A stretch of DNA of 64,000 bases. Origin: Selaginella moellendorffii (taxonomy: Eukaryota > Plantae > Lycopodiophyta). Below the pieces are notes generated by a model, which was not told where the DNA came from, did not search any database, and worked only from the letters and a program-made list of their open reading frames with translations. How positions within the stretch are numbered: position 1 is the first letter of the stretch; every line of letters starts with the position of its first letter. This document shows, piece after piece, positions 36,620 to 49,443 of this stretch. Location of the stretch: NCBI RefSeq assembly GCF_000143415.4, contig NW_003314276.1:1650696-1714695 (forward strand), written 5' to 3'. A program made the translations under genes and the position numbers.

Positions 36620-39133
36620 GCTTTCCGTTGCGAGTTTGTTGTTTTGGTTCCATGTCGACTCACGGGCTCCATGTGTCCCGCCTCGGACAGGCCGGATGAT
36701 CTGAGCTCTCCGGACGCAAGCGGCTTTTAGCGTGTCTGGATTGGATTGGAAACAAACTTAAGTTTCTCGAGCAAAGCCATCGCAAAACTCTACCTGGAGC
36801 TTTCCTCCCACCGCATCGGCACTCGGGGACTTCGCTCTTGCCGGGCAGCTGCAAAAGCAAGGCCAGGAAAGACATAAAGAAGAGTATCGTAGCTTGGCTT
36901 TTCTTTACCTTCTCCAATATTTCTGCGATCTCGTCCACCGTGTTTTGCATAACAGTCAAGGTTCTTCTCATCTCCTCGTTTAAAACGGCCGTGAGATCGG
37001 CGTCCGGCACTTCAGAGAAGTCGCCAAGAAGGCCCTCCTCTTCAAACAGCTGCCTGACGATCTCCACTACGTCGTCCAGATTTGGGGTCTTCTTGGAGAG
37101 AGCCACCTTCAGCTACGATGGAAAAACACGATTATCGCTGACAGTGAGTAAAAACAACACAAGAAAGAAAGAGTACCTTTTCAAGCATGCCACTGTTGGC
37201 TTCTCGCCCAACCGCGAGTTTGGCTGCTGGATTGTCTGCAAAAAAAGCCGTCTAAATGATCGTTAAGCACGTAGATTGCTCTATACCTTCTCCAGTTAAC
37301 GAGTGAATTCGAGCGTTGAGCATTATCACTTGAGACCTCAAGCGTTCGCATTCTCCCTCCGCTTTGAGGAGTGCCTGCTCTAGATCATGTCTTGATCTCT
37401 CAGTGTTGACCCTGGGCTTGTTTTTTATTTCCTTGGCCCTGTCTTCGCATTCATAAAGGCCGGCCACTTGCTTAAAAATTGGAAAGCTTTTACCTTAGTC
37501 CAAAGCGTAGCGTAGAGAGCGTTTCGGCTGCATTATATGAGCCCGAAGAGCAGCAACAAAGCAGAGTCGTCCGTGAGTTTCCACCCTGCGCAGCATAAGA
37601 TCAAAAGAACATATGAATTTACTGTTAACGCTCGAGAGTTACCAAGGACTCTTGCAAAATCCTCGTCAGCTTTGAGTCACGGTAAGGTACATGGCACGCT
37701 TTCTCTGCGAAAAACGATTGCATTCTTTTGCCAGCCACGAAGATTACTTACCACAGGTCAAAGCATTTATCACATTTCCAAGAGCTGACAACGATTTGTT
37801 GATTGTCTTAGCCTCCGTTAGGAGCTTTCCTTCGGTGCATGTTTTCTCCACTTTCTCAGATCCAGCAAGGTCTACCAGGAACAGCTTTCCGGTTTTCACG
37901 CTGCAAAGAGACGATGATAAATAAGATCTTATCCCTCACGAAAAGAAGGGAGCGTTTCTTCGACCTCCTGTCCTCCGAGTTCGTTTGCTGAATGGTTATC
38001 AAGAACACACAGTGGCTTCTGCTGCTATTGGCGTTCATATCTGAAATGTTAGGAGACACACGCGGCAAGTCTTGATAAGCCTCAGGATACTCGTCGCTCC
38101 CACAGCTCTGTTCAAGATTCCTGCCTGTGCATAAGCTTAAGTTAGCATGGCCAAAGCAGCAATCAATCAATTGTAGATACCTTCACAGTCTTGAGCATCT
38201 CTTCCTCCGACTGAAGATAAACCTGTCACTAAGCAATCAGCACTCGAGTTAATCTAAGACGGGCGATTTCCTCACCTCTGAAGCACCAGCGACAAATATT
38301 CCGCGTGTTTTATCTTCCTTTACTTGAAGGTTGTCCTTGGTCGAGTCCAAAAGATCTCTGCATGACAATGACGAAGTATTAAAGTCTCGAGCAACTTCAA
38401 AACCATCGCAGCCTCGACCTTATTCTCTCCAGGTAGATCTCCACCTATTCACAAGCGAATATAAGAAATACAAAACGATATACGAACACCTTACCATGGA
38501 CAGCTTGATGATAAACTCGTACACCGGGTCAGCAGTCTCAATGTACTGGAAAATCCATCGTGCCACCCTCGGTAGAATTCCCTCTTGGCCAGGATCATCA
38601 GTGCCCTGCGACATCTCTCCACGAAATGACCCGCAAGAACAGCCGAAATGTTACCTCCATACTGAAAGTCTTTCCAGCACCAGTCTAGAAACGAAAAACG
38701 AGAGAAGAAAACAGTGACATGGGTACCTCTCATCGTATGAATGATTCGTGAGAGTACCTGTCCATACGCAAGAACCGTCCCGTTGATGGCATTCATAGCA
38801 TCTGCGTTTAAAAATCCAATTAGCAACGAATTAAATCTCACAAAGCGAAGGCAATCGATCAAACCTTACCCTGCACAATTGGAAGCGCGACGAAGTCAAA
38901 GACATCGCCTTGAGGCGATCCCTCGTTGAAGACCCTGTCGAAAGAAAACCCGATCGCTCCCTCTTTGTCGTCCTGAATGAAATCGCGATTGTAAATCGTC
39001 CAATGCAGCTGGCGCTCACCTTGAAATCGAAGGATCGATCGTCCAGGATGTGAATGCTGGATTTCGCTCCAGTGCTCGCGATCTCCCGGGAATTGCACGG
39101 CCGGAAGCGAACGCAAACGGAAACACTTGACAT
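36620..39133 (-). CDS. Kinesin-1 family motor (PSS1/KIN1-like), multi-exon; 3' end approximate
   Basis: [75 protein letters not shown] and TLSTLRFG, followed by a coiled-coil. Many short introns; not every splice site was verified. Confidence 0.88.
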
Positions 39134-40199
39134 TGAGACAAAACCCTATTTCTACTGAAGTACAATTAATTTAAAGTATTGCCCTAAAATCTATAACTCT
39201 TTTTGTTTGGCTTTCAAGTTCAGTTCATAGACTTCTTGTGTTGGTGGTGCAGCTGGATAATGTCTATCACAGAAGTGGAAGGAACTTATCGATCATGCAA
39301 AACAACTCTAGCCCAGTTTAGCTCTGAATTCTTTTCTAATATTTTCTTAATGGGCTGTTTGATCCAGCTGTTGGCAGCAGTCGGCAGGTGTCAAATCAAG
39401 TTAGGTTCTCTGCAAGAACGTGGCTGACAACTGCCAGGTTCTCCAAAACCTGGTTGCCAGCTGCCAGGTTCTAGAGAACCCTGTCATCCTCGAATAATGT
39501 TATCCCATGTGTTTGTTAATGGTCTCACCACAGCTTGTTAATTGGGCATGGGCTCGCTCATTCCCTCCCAAATGCACTCGCCAGGCTAATGCCTGGCTTG
39601 CCCAGGAATGTGCTTGCCCTACCTCCTTCTTCCAGATGAGTATCATGCAAGAACTACCATCCTAAATCTTGGCTGTCCATTGGACTATCATTTCTGTACA
39701 ATTTAGACCATGAAGTTTAGTTATATGGTTTTGATGCTGTATAGTGGGATTTTGATAATTTTCAAATTGGTTTAAATTCAAACCACTTTCTTATATTAGG
39801 GTTTTTTGTTTTTCCTTTTCTCTTTGTTCAATTTTCATCCTCTTTAAACTTTGAACTAGTAATTGTAGTTGTTTGATGTTACACAATAATAACACCAATC
39901 AGACTTAGTTAATGGTGGGGTTCACAATACATGGTGTAATTTTTTTTCTTTGGCTTGTCTGGCCAAATTTCTTTAATGGGAATTTTAGAGATGATATGTA
40001 TTATTGATTCGATCACTTTATAATGAGCAACCAACCTCATATCATCCCCTCCTTTTAGAAGGGTAAAAGGTAATTAGAATTATTTAGTAGGTTAAAATCT
40101 AAAGAAACATTAGGAGGAGGCATTGGTGGATCTATAGACAATGTAATTTTTTAAAAATCCTTTTGTATAAAGCATTTTAATTGCTATATATACACAATT

Positions 40200-41140
40200 T
40201 TTTAAGGATTGGTTTATTAATGTTGTAGTGAATCTCATAATTTGCAATCCAACTTACCACAATATTTGATATGGTCCTTTTTACTGAGAAAGAAGCCCGT
40301 TAGACAAACCACATACTATAACATTGAGAAAATGAATCAACACTAAATCATCTATTTTATACTTTATAGGTGGACAATGATAAAAATTGTAGCCCTATTG
40401 TTATCCCATTTATACATGGCCCAAGTGTTCAACAAACTTTATTTAAATAAGTGGGCAAATGCTCATCAAATATTGATCCTAAGACCTAACATTAGTATCT
40501 CATAGCAATCCCAGAGGTAAATTAAACTCTATTTTGGCAATATCAAATCATAATTATATAAGAGTTTATATTGTGAAATATCAATGGAACTTTATACCCT
40601 TATGATATATATATACACAAGAAATGACAAATAACCATCTTAATTCGAATGCTACAAGTTTGAGATTAGTCAAATGCCTTATTGACTGGTTGGGACTTTG
40701 AGGTTATTAGTTGGTTCATATATTTTACAATTATCTTTTTTAAGGTTTGAACAAACCATTCCACCAAATTATCTATTTATGGATGATAAACACTTATGAA
40801 AATGTGATGTATCCCCAATTAAGACATCAAGATGTGAAATATCCCAGACATAAATGCAAGACCATTATCTAAAAGAATCCATTATAGACAAGAATGTTGA
40901 AACACCACTCAATTGAAGAGGAAATACTTAATAATTATTATACATGCATTAGTAAGAGCATGAAATTCAACCTAATATATCAAATAGTCAGAAGGAATAA
41001 TGATGTAGTCATTGCCAGTTGACTATGATAATGATCCCATTAGATCAAATGCCACCAACTCAAATAGATAGGAAACTGTAATTGACTCTAATTATCATTT
41101 TGTAATATGAGAGGAGTATTATAAGTTTTGCACCAAATGC

Positions 41141-41192
<52 letters not shown>

Positions 41193-43800
41193 TAGATAAT
41201 ATTATATTATATATTTGGCTAATAAAAATACTTGTGTAGCTTCTTAGTCATACAATGATATTCCATATGCCCACTATGTAAAAGTTATAATAAGCATGGA
41301 GAATATGTGGAATAAAAATCAAAAGCGCTACTAACCACAAATGGTCATTAAGATTTAGTCCTCACAAAGTTATAAATGTTATCACAAAATAATGAGAATA
41401 TAAATTCTCAAATGATAAGTCATTAGCAAATGATGTAGAATTCTCAAATCCAGCACAAAGTCTTTGAATCTATGACTTAACCTTTTAAGCTTCATAAACC
41501 TCATTAAAAGAAAGTAATTCTAGTTTCACACCTTATGAAACACTAAACATTAAATACAGTAATTGTTGATGGTGATGAGGGAGGAAAAAGAGTTTTAGAT
41601 TTTATTTCTCCAATATAAGCCTTCAAATGATCTCTTTTATAATTCATATTTGGTACTCCTTTAGGTGTTCTCTAGAAACTATTGGTGCTTGTTGCACGAT
41701 TATCGGGTATTATTTATATGTGGAAATCCTTGTCATGTTCTTCTTTAGAGGGATTTTATGAAGTGGTGACATAATCGAAAGTGATCTTTTGGTGAAGGGG
41801 GTTGACAAAAATCCCATTGTTTTTTCAGCTTTTGTTTATGCTGTTATAAAGTTGTTGTATCCAAAGTTGGTGGTTAGTAATGCACCATTTCTATATGCTT
41901 TGTGCCTTAAGAGAAAGAGAGAGGAGAGGGATTTCCACTAACTCCTAGTTTTATATTTTTCAAAGAAGACTCAAAGAAAGAATATTACAAAACTAAAAGA
42001 GAAAACTTAAATGAAAATCACTCTATACTTTATGCTTTAATGCTTTATGTCATGAAGGGCTCCTCCTTATATAGTCTTTAAAACATATTTTATATTTTGT
42101 TATTGATATCATAAAATATTGATGTAAGAAAGGTTAGATTTAGATGACTAGGATATATTACATAAGAAAATAGTTTTAAATGGAGGCAAAAATCTTTGCA
42201 AGGTTGGAGGGTATGCTTAAATATAAGAGTTATATAAGAAATCATTTTATAAAGATGGTGGAAGATAAGAATAAGTAAAGTGGAAAGATATAGAAAGAAA
42301 AAAGTGTTTTTGGGGTTATAAAAAAAAGATGGTGGTAGAATAGTAAAGTGATTGGTAGAAGTATAGGGGGGATAATTTTATCTATATATACCTTGTACAT
42401 ATATATGTCTTGACTTTGAATATGGCATTTTTGGCTGAAGATTGCCATCACAATAGTACAAAATTCTCATTTAGCAAATACATTAATCATGGAATAATAG
42501 ACTTATCAAGAATATAAGAAGAGAGCAAAGAAGGGAAAGAAGCTTAAGAAAGGGTGTTAGCATCAATTGTAGAACTCTTGTAGTAATAAATAACATCGAA
42601 GTTATATATACTATAAGTTTCAAAATTCATCAAGTAGCATAATCAATCAAGTTTTTTTGCTTTAATAATGAAGTGATTGTAATAATAACATCCAAGAAAT
42701 ATGCAAGTATACATAAAGCTTTTTGAAACCCCAAATAGTTATTAGACACTCCTTCTCTATTGTGAAGTAGTTTACTTATGTTGGTTGCAACATATGGTTG
42801 ATATATAAGATGAGATGATGCTGACTTCACACACTCATGCTCTCTTGCATCAACATACTTTTGAAATTAATATTAAAAGTATTCATACATAAAATGAAAG
42901 GTCAAGTGTAGTAAAACTAGAGTACCCATCAACACCTCTTTAAGATTCACAAATACTCACCCACAAACTTTGGACAAGGTAAAAGATAATATTAATAACT
43001 TCAACAATGCTCGCAATAGTGAAATGCTATTAGAAATATAATCAATAAAATGACTAAGATATTACACTTTGCTAAGGAAGCATTATACATTGGTCACACA
43101 CTTTAAAGTAAAAAAATTCATAATAGCCACAAGAATTTGCAAACTTTGGTAAAAAAATGTGGTATCCAAGATAAGTTATATCCTTGGACCTAATATACAC
43201 TTTAATTACTTTAACTTCAAGCCAAATGTTTACAACTAATTCAATACTTTACAAATATCACAAATGTGCTCCTCCCATGTCCCTTTTAAATGGATCAAGA
43301 CATCATTGATAAAGTTAGTAGTCACTTTTAGCATATTACAAAGAACCTCATCTATCATCTACTAGAAAGTCATAAGAACTTTGTTTAAATTAAACAACAT
43401 TACTAATAAAAACTAAATGGGGTATAGAAAGTTTTTGAAACATTTTCCTTAGCCATTGGCAGTTGCCAATACTTAAAAACAAAATTCAATTTAGTGAACT
43501 AACAATTTCTCCCAAATGATCTAGAAGATCAATAATGTAAAGAAAAGAGTACATATCTGGGATCATCACATTATTTAATAAAAATTAAATATTCTCATCA
43601 AAATTTCTCATAATATAAAGTTTATATACCCAAAGATTCCAAAACTTTCAGATAACATCTTTCTCAAACATTTACTTGTAAGATCTTAATCTCTTTTAAT
43701 GACCAATGCTGGAAAAGAACCTTGATCAGACTAGCATCCCTAGTTAGAATAAGATGACATATTGCAATCTTAGCCCCAGAAAATCAAAGAGATCAACATA
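40200..43800 (-). mobile_element. Highly decayed, probably Ty3/gypsy pol-derived sequence
   Basis: Only short degenerate motifs on the minus strand (KYWQLPM ~43450-43480, LVFISNVV ~43395-43418, GPYQI ~40262-40277) in very AT-rich DNA. Confidence 0.35.
41145..41192. repeat. (TA)n microsatellite
   Basis: About 24 TA units. Confidence 0.97.
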
Positions 43801-44037
43801 CTTTTACTTAAATTAGTCATGCCACAACATAAAGACTGTTTGAGAGGGAGAATAAGAAGGAAACAGGGTAAGAAATAATCAAGAGATTAAAGTAATAGAA
43901 GTAGAAATAGAAGCTAAAAGATAATATGGAATAAAAATGAGAGGAATAAAAGAAATATAAGGGACTACAAGGCAAGAGAGAGAAACCTCAAAATCACATT
44001 TGGCATTATTCTGTTGCAATTAATTCATACTAAGGAN

Positions 44038-44137
44038 NNNNNNNNNNNNNNNNNNNNNNNNNNNNNNNNNNNNNNNNNNNNNNNNNNNNNNNNNNNNNNN
44101 NNNNNNNNNNNNNNNNNNNNNNNNNNNNNNNNNNNNA
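44038..44137. other. Assembly gap (100 N)
   Basis: Run of N. Confidence 1.
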
Positions 44138-44949
44138 TGAAGATTAACTTCGCTACACAACATAAATGTAGATAGTAACATATAGCAACAAATTGAGTAA
44201 TAGAAGATAAATATAAATATATAAATATATATATATATATATATAAGCTAATACAAAGAGGATTTTAAAGGATCTCTTGTTATAAACTTGAGCTTGGAAA
44301 GTGAATATTGGATGAATTGGTGCCAAATGAACCCCTTGATAATATTCCCAAAAAAAAGATAGAGGGGTCATTGACTTATTTACATAAAGTTTTTTATTAT
44401 TTATATAATTCTTTGTTTCTTTTAAGAATTTCAATATCAAGACCTTCCACCATAGTAGTATTAATAAAACATTGTTGACACCAAGGCCTCCACCCAAGAA
44501 ATTAAGGACACTAATCTAGGATCTACTGATAATGCCAATATGTATAGCTAACCTTATCACATGCCTAACAATGAACATACGACTATAACTATATCCTCAT
44601 CTATAAGCAACAATATTATCAACCTCCATTAGAATATAATCACCTCCCACAAGAGGAGTTGATGCATATTCAACTACAAGTGGGAGATGACATTATGTTA
44701 ATTGAAGAGTATTGTCAAAGGTGGTTGGGGCAAGTGTATGCATAAGTCCCATAAAATTTTGACAAAGTGTTAGCTACAATATACATAATTTGATCAGCCC
44801 TAACATATTTAGCTCTACATGAAACAATAGACTTTAAAACATATTCAGCTCCATATGAAACAATAGACTCCGAAATAACTATGTGCTTGGCTTAGATGGC
44901 CCTTGATAACGCAATTGCTAGAAAGAATCATAATAGTTATTAGTATGCC

Positions 44950-45288
44950 CAAATATGCTCTTAAAGATGTATGGGAGCCTATATAGCAACATATATTATC
45001 ATTTTGGAGTTCCTTAGTAATTCTCATCAGATCATGGCTCTCATTTCATGGGAAGTCGTGAATGAACTCTTCAAGAGCTTGAAGGTTCACCATATTTACT
45101 CTAATATTCATTATCCATAGAGAAATGACTAAGTTAAGTTTGCAAGTCAAATTCTTAAGAATATCATTTGTAAGATGGTTGACTCTTATCCACACCTAGC
45201 TATAACACTTTCCTAGCACTTTATAGTCTTTCTAGACCTCATTTAAAATGGTTATTGGAGCCATGCCATTTAAACTTCTCTATGGTGT
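44950..45288 (+). mobile_element. Ty3/gypsy integrase remnant (oldest layer), left part; continues at 63723
   Basis: HYP*RND*VKF..ILKNII..TSFKMVIGAMPFKLLYG|V resumes after the insertion as VETVLLI*LELP. Confidence 0.7.
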
Positions 45289-48200
45289 TGAATAAGGCTT
45301 TTTTTGCCTGCCTCTACCTACAAAATAATGACAAACAAACAGAGGCAAGAATGTAGAGAAGAGTAGAAGAGATGAAGAAAATAAAAAGAGAATAGTATAG
45401 AATTTAGCCTCAAACCCTAAATACGTAAGTAAAAATAAACATATATCACTCTCTCAACTCTACTTTGCATTATGGGTGAGAGAAAATGTAAATGCATACA
45501 ACACTGAGTGGAGGTTGTTTTTTAGCACGTCTAAATGTTATTTATATATTATATGATTTTATAATAGTTCCTAACTGCTTTTCGTTTGTTTATAACAAGT
45601 GTTGCCTAAGTCGGGTCTTCTTTTTTCAGATGCTTAAATTTAAGCGTAATTCCATTTTGCCTAAACTTCCTTCTTTTGCTCTACTTGAGAAGATATACAA
45701 GATAAAACATTTACCTCTTCATCACTCCCCCACAATAAAGCTATTGCCTGTCCTCAGACAGTCAGATTCTCCAAATCTTGCTCCAAGTTGCTGAGCTTGG
45801 TTTTCATAGTGACATGCTTAATGCTTTGGTGTAAATCATTGAGTTCCTAACACATGATCTGATTTTTCTAGTTGAGAAGTGTGATGCACTAGCCTAGCAA
45901 TTGATGTGCTTTACATCAGTGGATGTGAAAGTTGAGATTGCGCTTTTGAGTTCTTGAACTATGTAGCATTGATGATTCTGCTCACCCATGACTTTATCCA
46001 CTTTCTTAGTGATTGTCTTGAGGTAGCTCAAAATCTATGCGTGGTATTTTGTTGTTTCTTTGTCTTCCATCAGTTGGATTGGCTCGTTGACTGGCTGCTT
46101 GTTTACTCTCTTGATGTGTTGAGCAAACTCCTCTATAAAGCTTCGAACTACTAGCTTGATAGGCTAACTTGCAGACTTGTGCGCAAAGGCATAGCTAGCC
46201 TTGACCTTGTAGTGCTGTTGCAATGTCTGCTGCTGCTGTGGCTGCCTCGTCTCGCTAGACTGGTCGGCCGAAGATGTATCACCATTAAAGGTGGACTGGA
46301 GAAAATTAGCCTATACTCCTCTAATTCACCTAGACCCTCTTTTGTAACCTCGTCCTATTTATCCTCCGTGATCTTCTTAGCCTAAACTCACCTTATTGGC
46401 TGTATATACAACTAATGGTTTTACAACATTTGTAGGCATATCGTGTATTGGACTTTATGGCCTAAGTTTTAGAATTTCTTCCACAACTTTGGCATCTATC
46501 ATTTGCCTAGTGTTGTTCGTTTGTGTACTCATCACTTCCCCGATGCTCGGAGAGATTTATAACGGCATTAGAGTTGTCTTTGTAGATGTAGATGAGTCAT
46601 GACTCTGTTCCTAATCTAGGCATGGTTTTTTATCACCATACTTGCTGCATCCAGTTTTTCCACAGCATACTCAGCCACTAGATTTCTGTGAAACAAACCC
46701 TAGAGGTCTTGCAGTTTGGATTTTCAGATTTAGACGGAGTTTCTTTTTGAGAGGAGAATTCTCCTCACTTGAATTTATATTGTTAGGATTCTCTTTTACA
46801 TCCACATCTCTCACTATGTCCCTTGAAGGAGATACTAGAGGTAGTGGCTCAATGGCAAGGTGAGGCACAGAATTCTCTTGAGTAGTGTAATGCTCATAAA
46901 TGCGTTGTAAAAAGATGAAGACTCTTGTCTTCACTTACCTTCCCTTGCTTAGTTGTAAAGTAACATTCTTTATTTCAGCCACAAATCCATTGTAGGCAAA
47001 ATGAGCTATGTTTTTTTGCTATCTAACCTCGATAGTTTCCAACAAGTAAACCTAGCATGATAGTTAGACTTCAAGTAGGTGAAGTTGCTTCATCCAAATA
47101 TGTAGTTTGGAAGGATATATTGATCGAGCATGTGATCTTTTTTGCTCATCATGATTATTTTGCCCTCGTTATTTAGGCAAAAAATCTAAGCAAACTGGGT
47201 GAGTCCAAAGGGATGGACTTGTTGCTTTGGGTATTACTTCTACATAAATTGGATCCCTTGCTCGATTGATATTTCTTCTTTGAGTAGCTCCACATAGGCA
47301 AGTAACCCAAAAGCATTAAGCCAAAACTTGTCATAGGGAAAAAGCACAAGCTTTCTAAATAGCTTTACTTGACTATAATTTAGCTCCTTGTCACCAAATA
47401 AGATTTCTTTCATATGCTTGTCTTGCCTAGGCATTTTTGCTATCTATGGAGATTTGTAGGCAAAACACTTGGCATTAGGTGACCGGGAGACAGTGCCAAC
47501 AGAGGTTCCCAAAAGAAATCTTGTGTTGATGGTGCTTCAAGAGTGGAGTCGACAGCTTGTGGCAGTGGTATAAGGACAAAATCACTCTACCCAATCTAGA
47601 GTGCGCTCAGGCGGTAACGATGGCGTTTGCTCTTACGTGGCCCTAGGTAGAGTTTTAGCTATCGTACATTGCTTTAGAGCTAAGTCTGGAGTGTTGGCAC
47701 ATTTGGCGAAGGCATAAGAGTAGAGTGAGTGAGAAGGAAAGAGCAAGAAAGAAAAAGAAGCTCCCTAGCCATCTTTAAATTACCTAAATCACCCTGCTTT
47801 ACTGTATTTGCCCTAAGTTTCGTCCTCTTTACTTTTGTGTGCAAATGTATTATAAATTTTTTTTTTCCTTGTTGGCCTAGTAATCTCTATTCATTAATCC
47901 TTATGGTTTGTTGGTAGAGTTTATAGAATGGGGCAAGAAAAATGTAGATGTTACTCTTAGAGTATATGCCCGGTATTGTCTAGAGAAAATTTCTATAGGC
48001 TATACTAATAAGATTTTGAGGGAAGGCCTGCTCGAAAGAAAGAAATATCTGTTTAATGTATCCCTTGATTGCTTTCCTTGTAACTTCCCCATCAAAGAAA
48101 GCACTCAAATATATAAAAGTTTCTTTACCATAAAGATAAATCTTTCCTAAATGATATGTATTTTCCCTCTCTTTTAAATGAATAAATCCTTGTCTAAACT

Positions 48201-48300
48201 TATCGAAAAGACTACTCCTTCTATCCAATTCCACTAATCTAGCTCTATAAAGATATAGAAAAGCTTGGAAATAAAATTTTGAATGATCTTAATATCCCCT

Positions 48301-49443
48301 TGTAGCGTACGTGGTTTTGACCCTTTATCCTATAGTGATTTACCATAGGATAACACCACGAAGCGGACCCTAAACCCTCTTTGTGCCACGTGACAGATGC
48401 CACGTGTCACATACCACGTGTCCATGCCACGTGTCCATAGGAACCCGAGGTTCAGGGCCTTGGGCCACTGAATGAAGGAACGGTGCCAAACTCCCAAGCG
48501 TGACGCCAAGGAGTGATGGAACCGGACCACGGAGCAACTCCCAAGCATATAGCCCAAGGAGCGAAGGGACAGGAGCCCGGAGCGACTTGGAACAGTCCTG
48601 GAGCAACCAGCATCCCAATGCCAGGACCAGTATGCAAAACGGAGCCAAACAGAGTCTAGCGCTATTTCGGCATACCGGTGGCCTAACATGAGGATATGGG
48701 TACTCCACCAGCTAGCATGGAATGGAACTTGGGCTTAGACCCAAGCCGGACGCAGAACAAGGACAGGCACGCAAGCGGGAGCTAGACTATGCCTCAGGTT
48801 GGTTGGCCATGCCCGACCTACCCCCTATCCCTACTATACATTTGGAACCCCCCATAGCCCCCCCCCCCTGAGGACACACGCTTTGGGCTTTCACCCCAAG
48901 CCTCCCTTAGTATCAGGAGTTAGTCTCTGGGACAAACTCGAAACTTACTAAATATGGAATGTCCTTAGATTGTGAATTTGGACACGGGACGAACACCATT
49001 GTGTTCAGGCCGATCTCTACATTCCGTAGATATGCCAAATGAGCAAATCTGGACACTTTCTATAAATAGCATTTGGGACCGAAATGAGACTAACACAAAG
49101 GGCATGATAGCGAGGGTGTTTGGCAGACACGGTAAGCTATCATCCAGCGATATTGAGGGACCAATCTCAATACGCGAGGGTTCTTGTCAAGCCAGTGCAA
49201 GATAGAGCAAAAGAGAACTAAAAGCCAGGCCGAGTATGCTCAGCTAGAAACACATAGGAGTTCCTACCTTATGTCCATCTGGCTAAGTACAGATGCTAAG
49301 CCCAGTAAACTAACACTTGAACAAGAGGGGCTAATAAAGGGAACCAGCAATACCGACCTCCTGCCATCGTGGCAGTAAGGTAAGAGTGTCCGTAAGGACT
49401 AGCCGATAGGTAACTTTCGATACCCGAAGTCACATTTGCGACA
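48301..49443 (-). mobile_element. Solo LTR (chromovirus-related, long variant), TSD CCCCT
   Basis: TGTAGCG...TTGCGACA with CCCCT on both flanks; the right ~800 bp match the 56060-56977 LTR. Confidence 0.92.

Noticed and set aside
48330-49378. Small ORFs recurring at 48.9, 56.5 and 63.0 kb (…DTGRTPLC…)
   Set aside because: They recur only because they lie within LTR copies; the frames are not conserved between copies.
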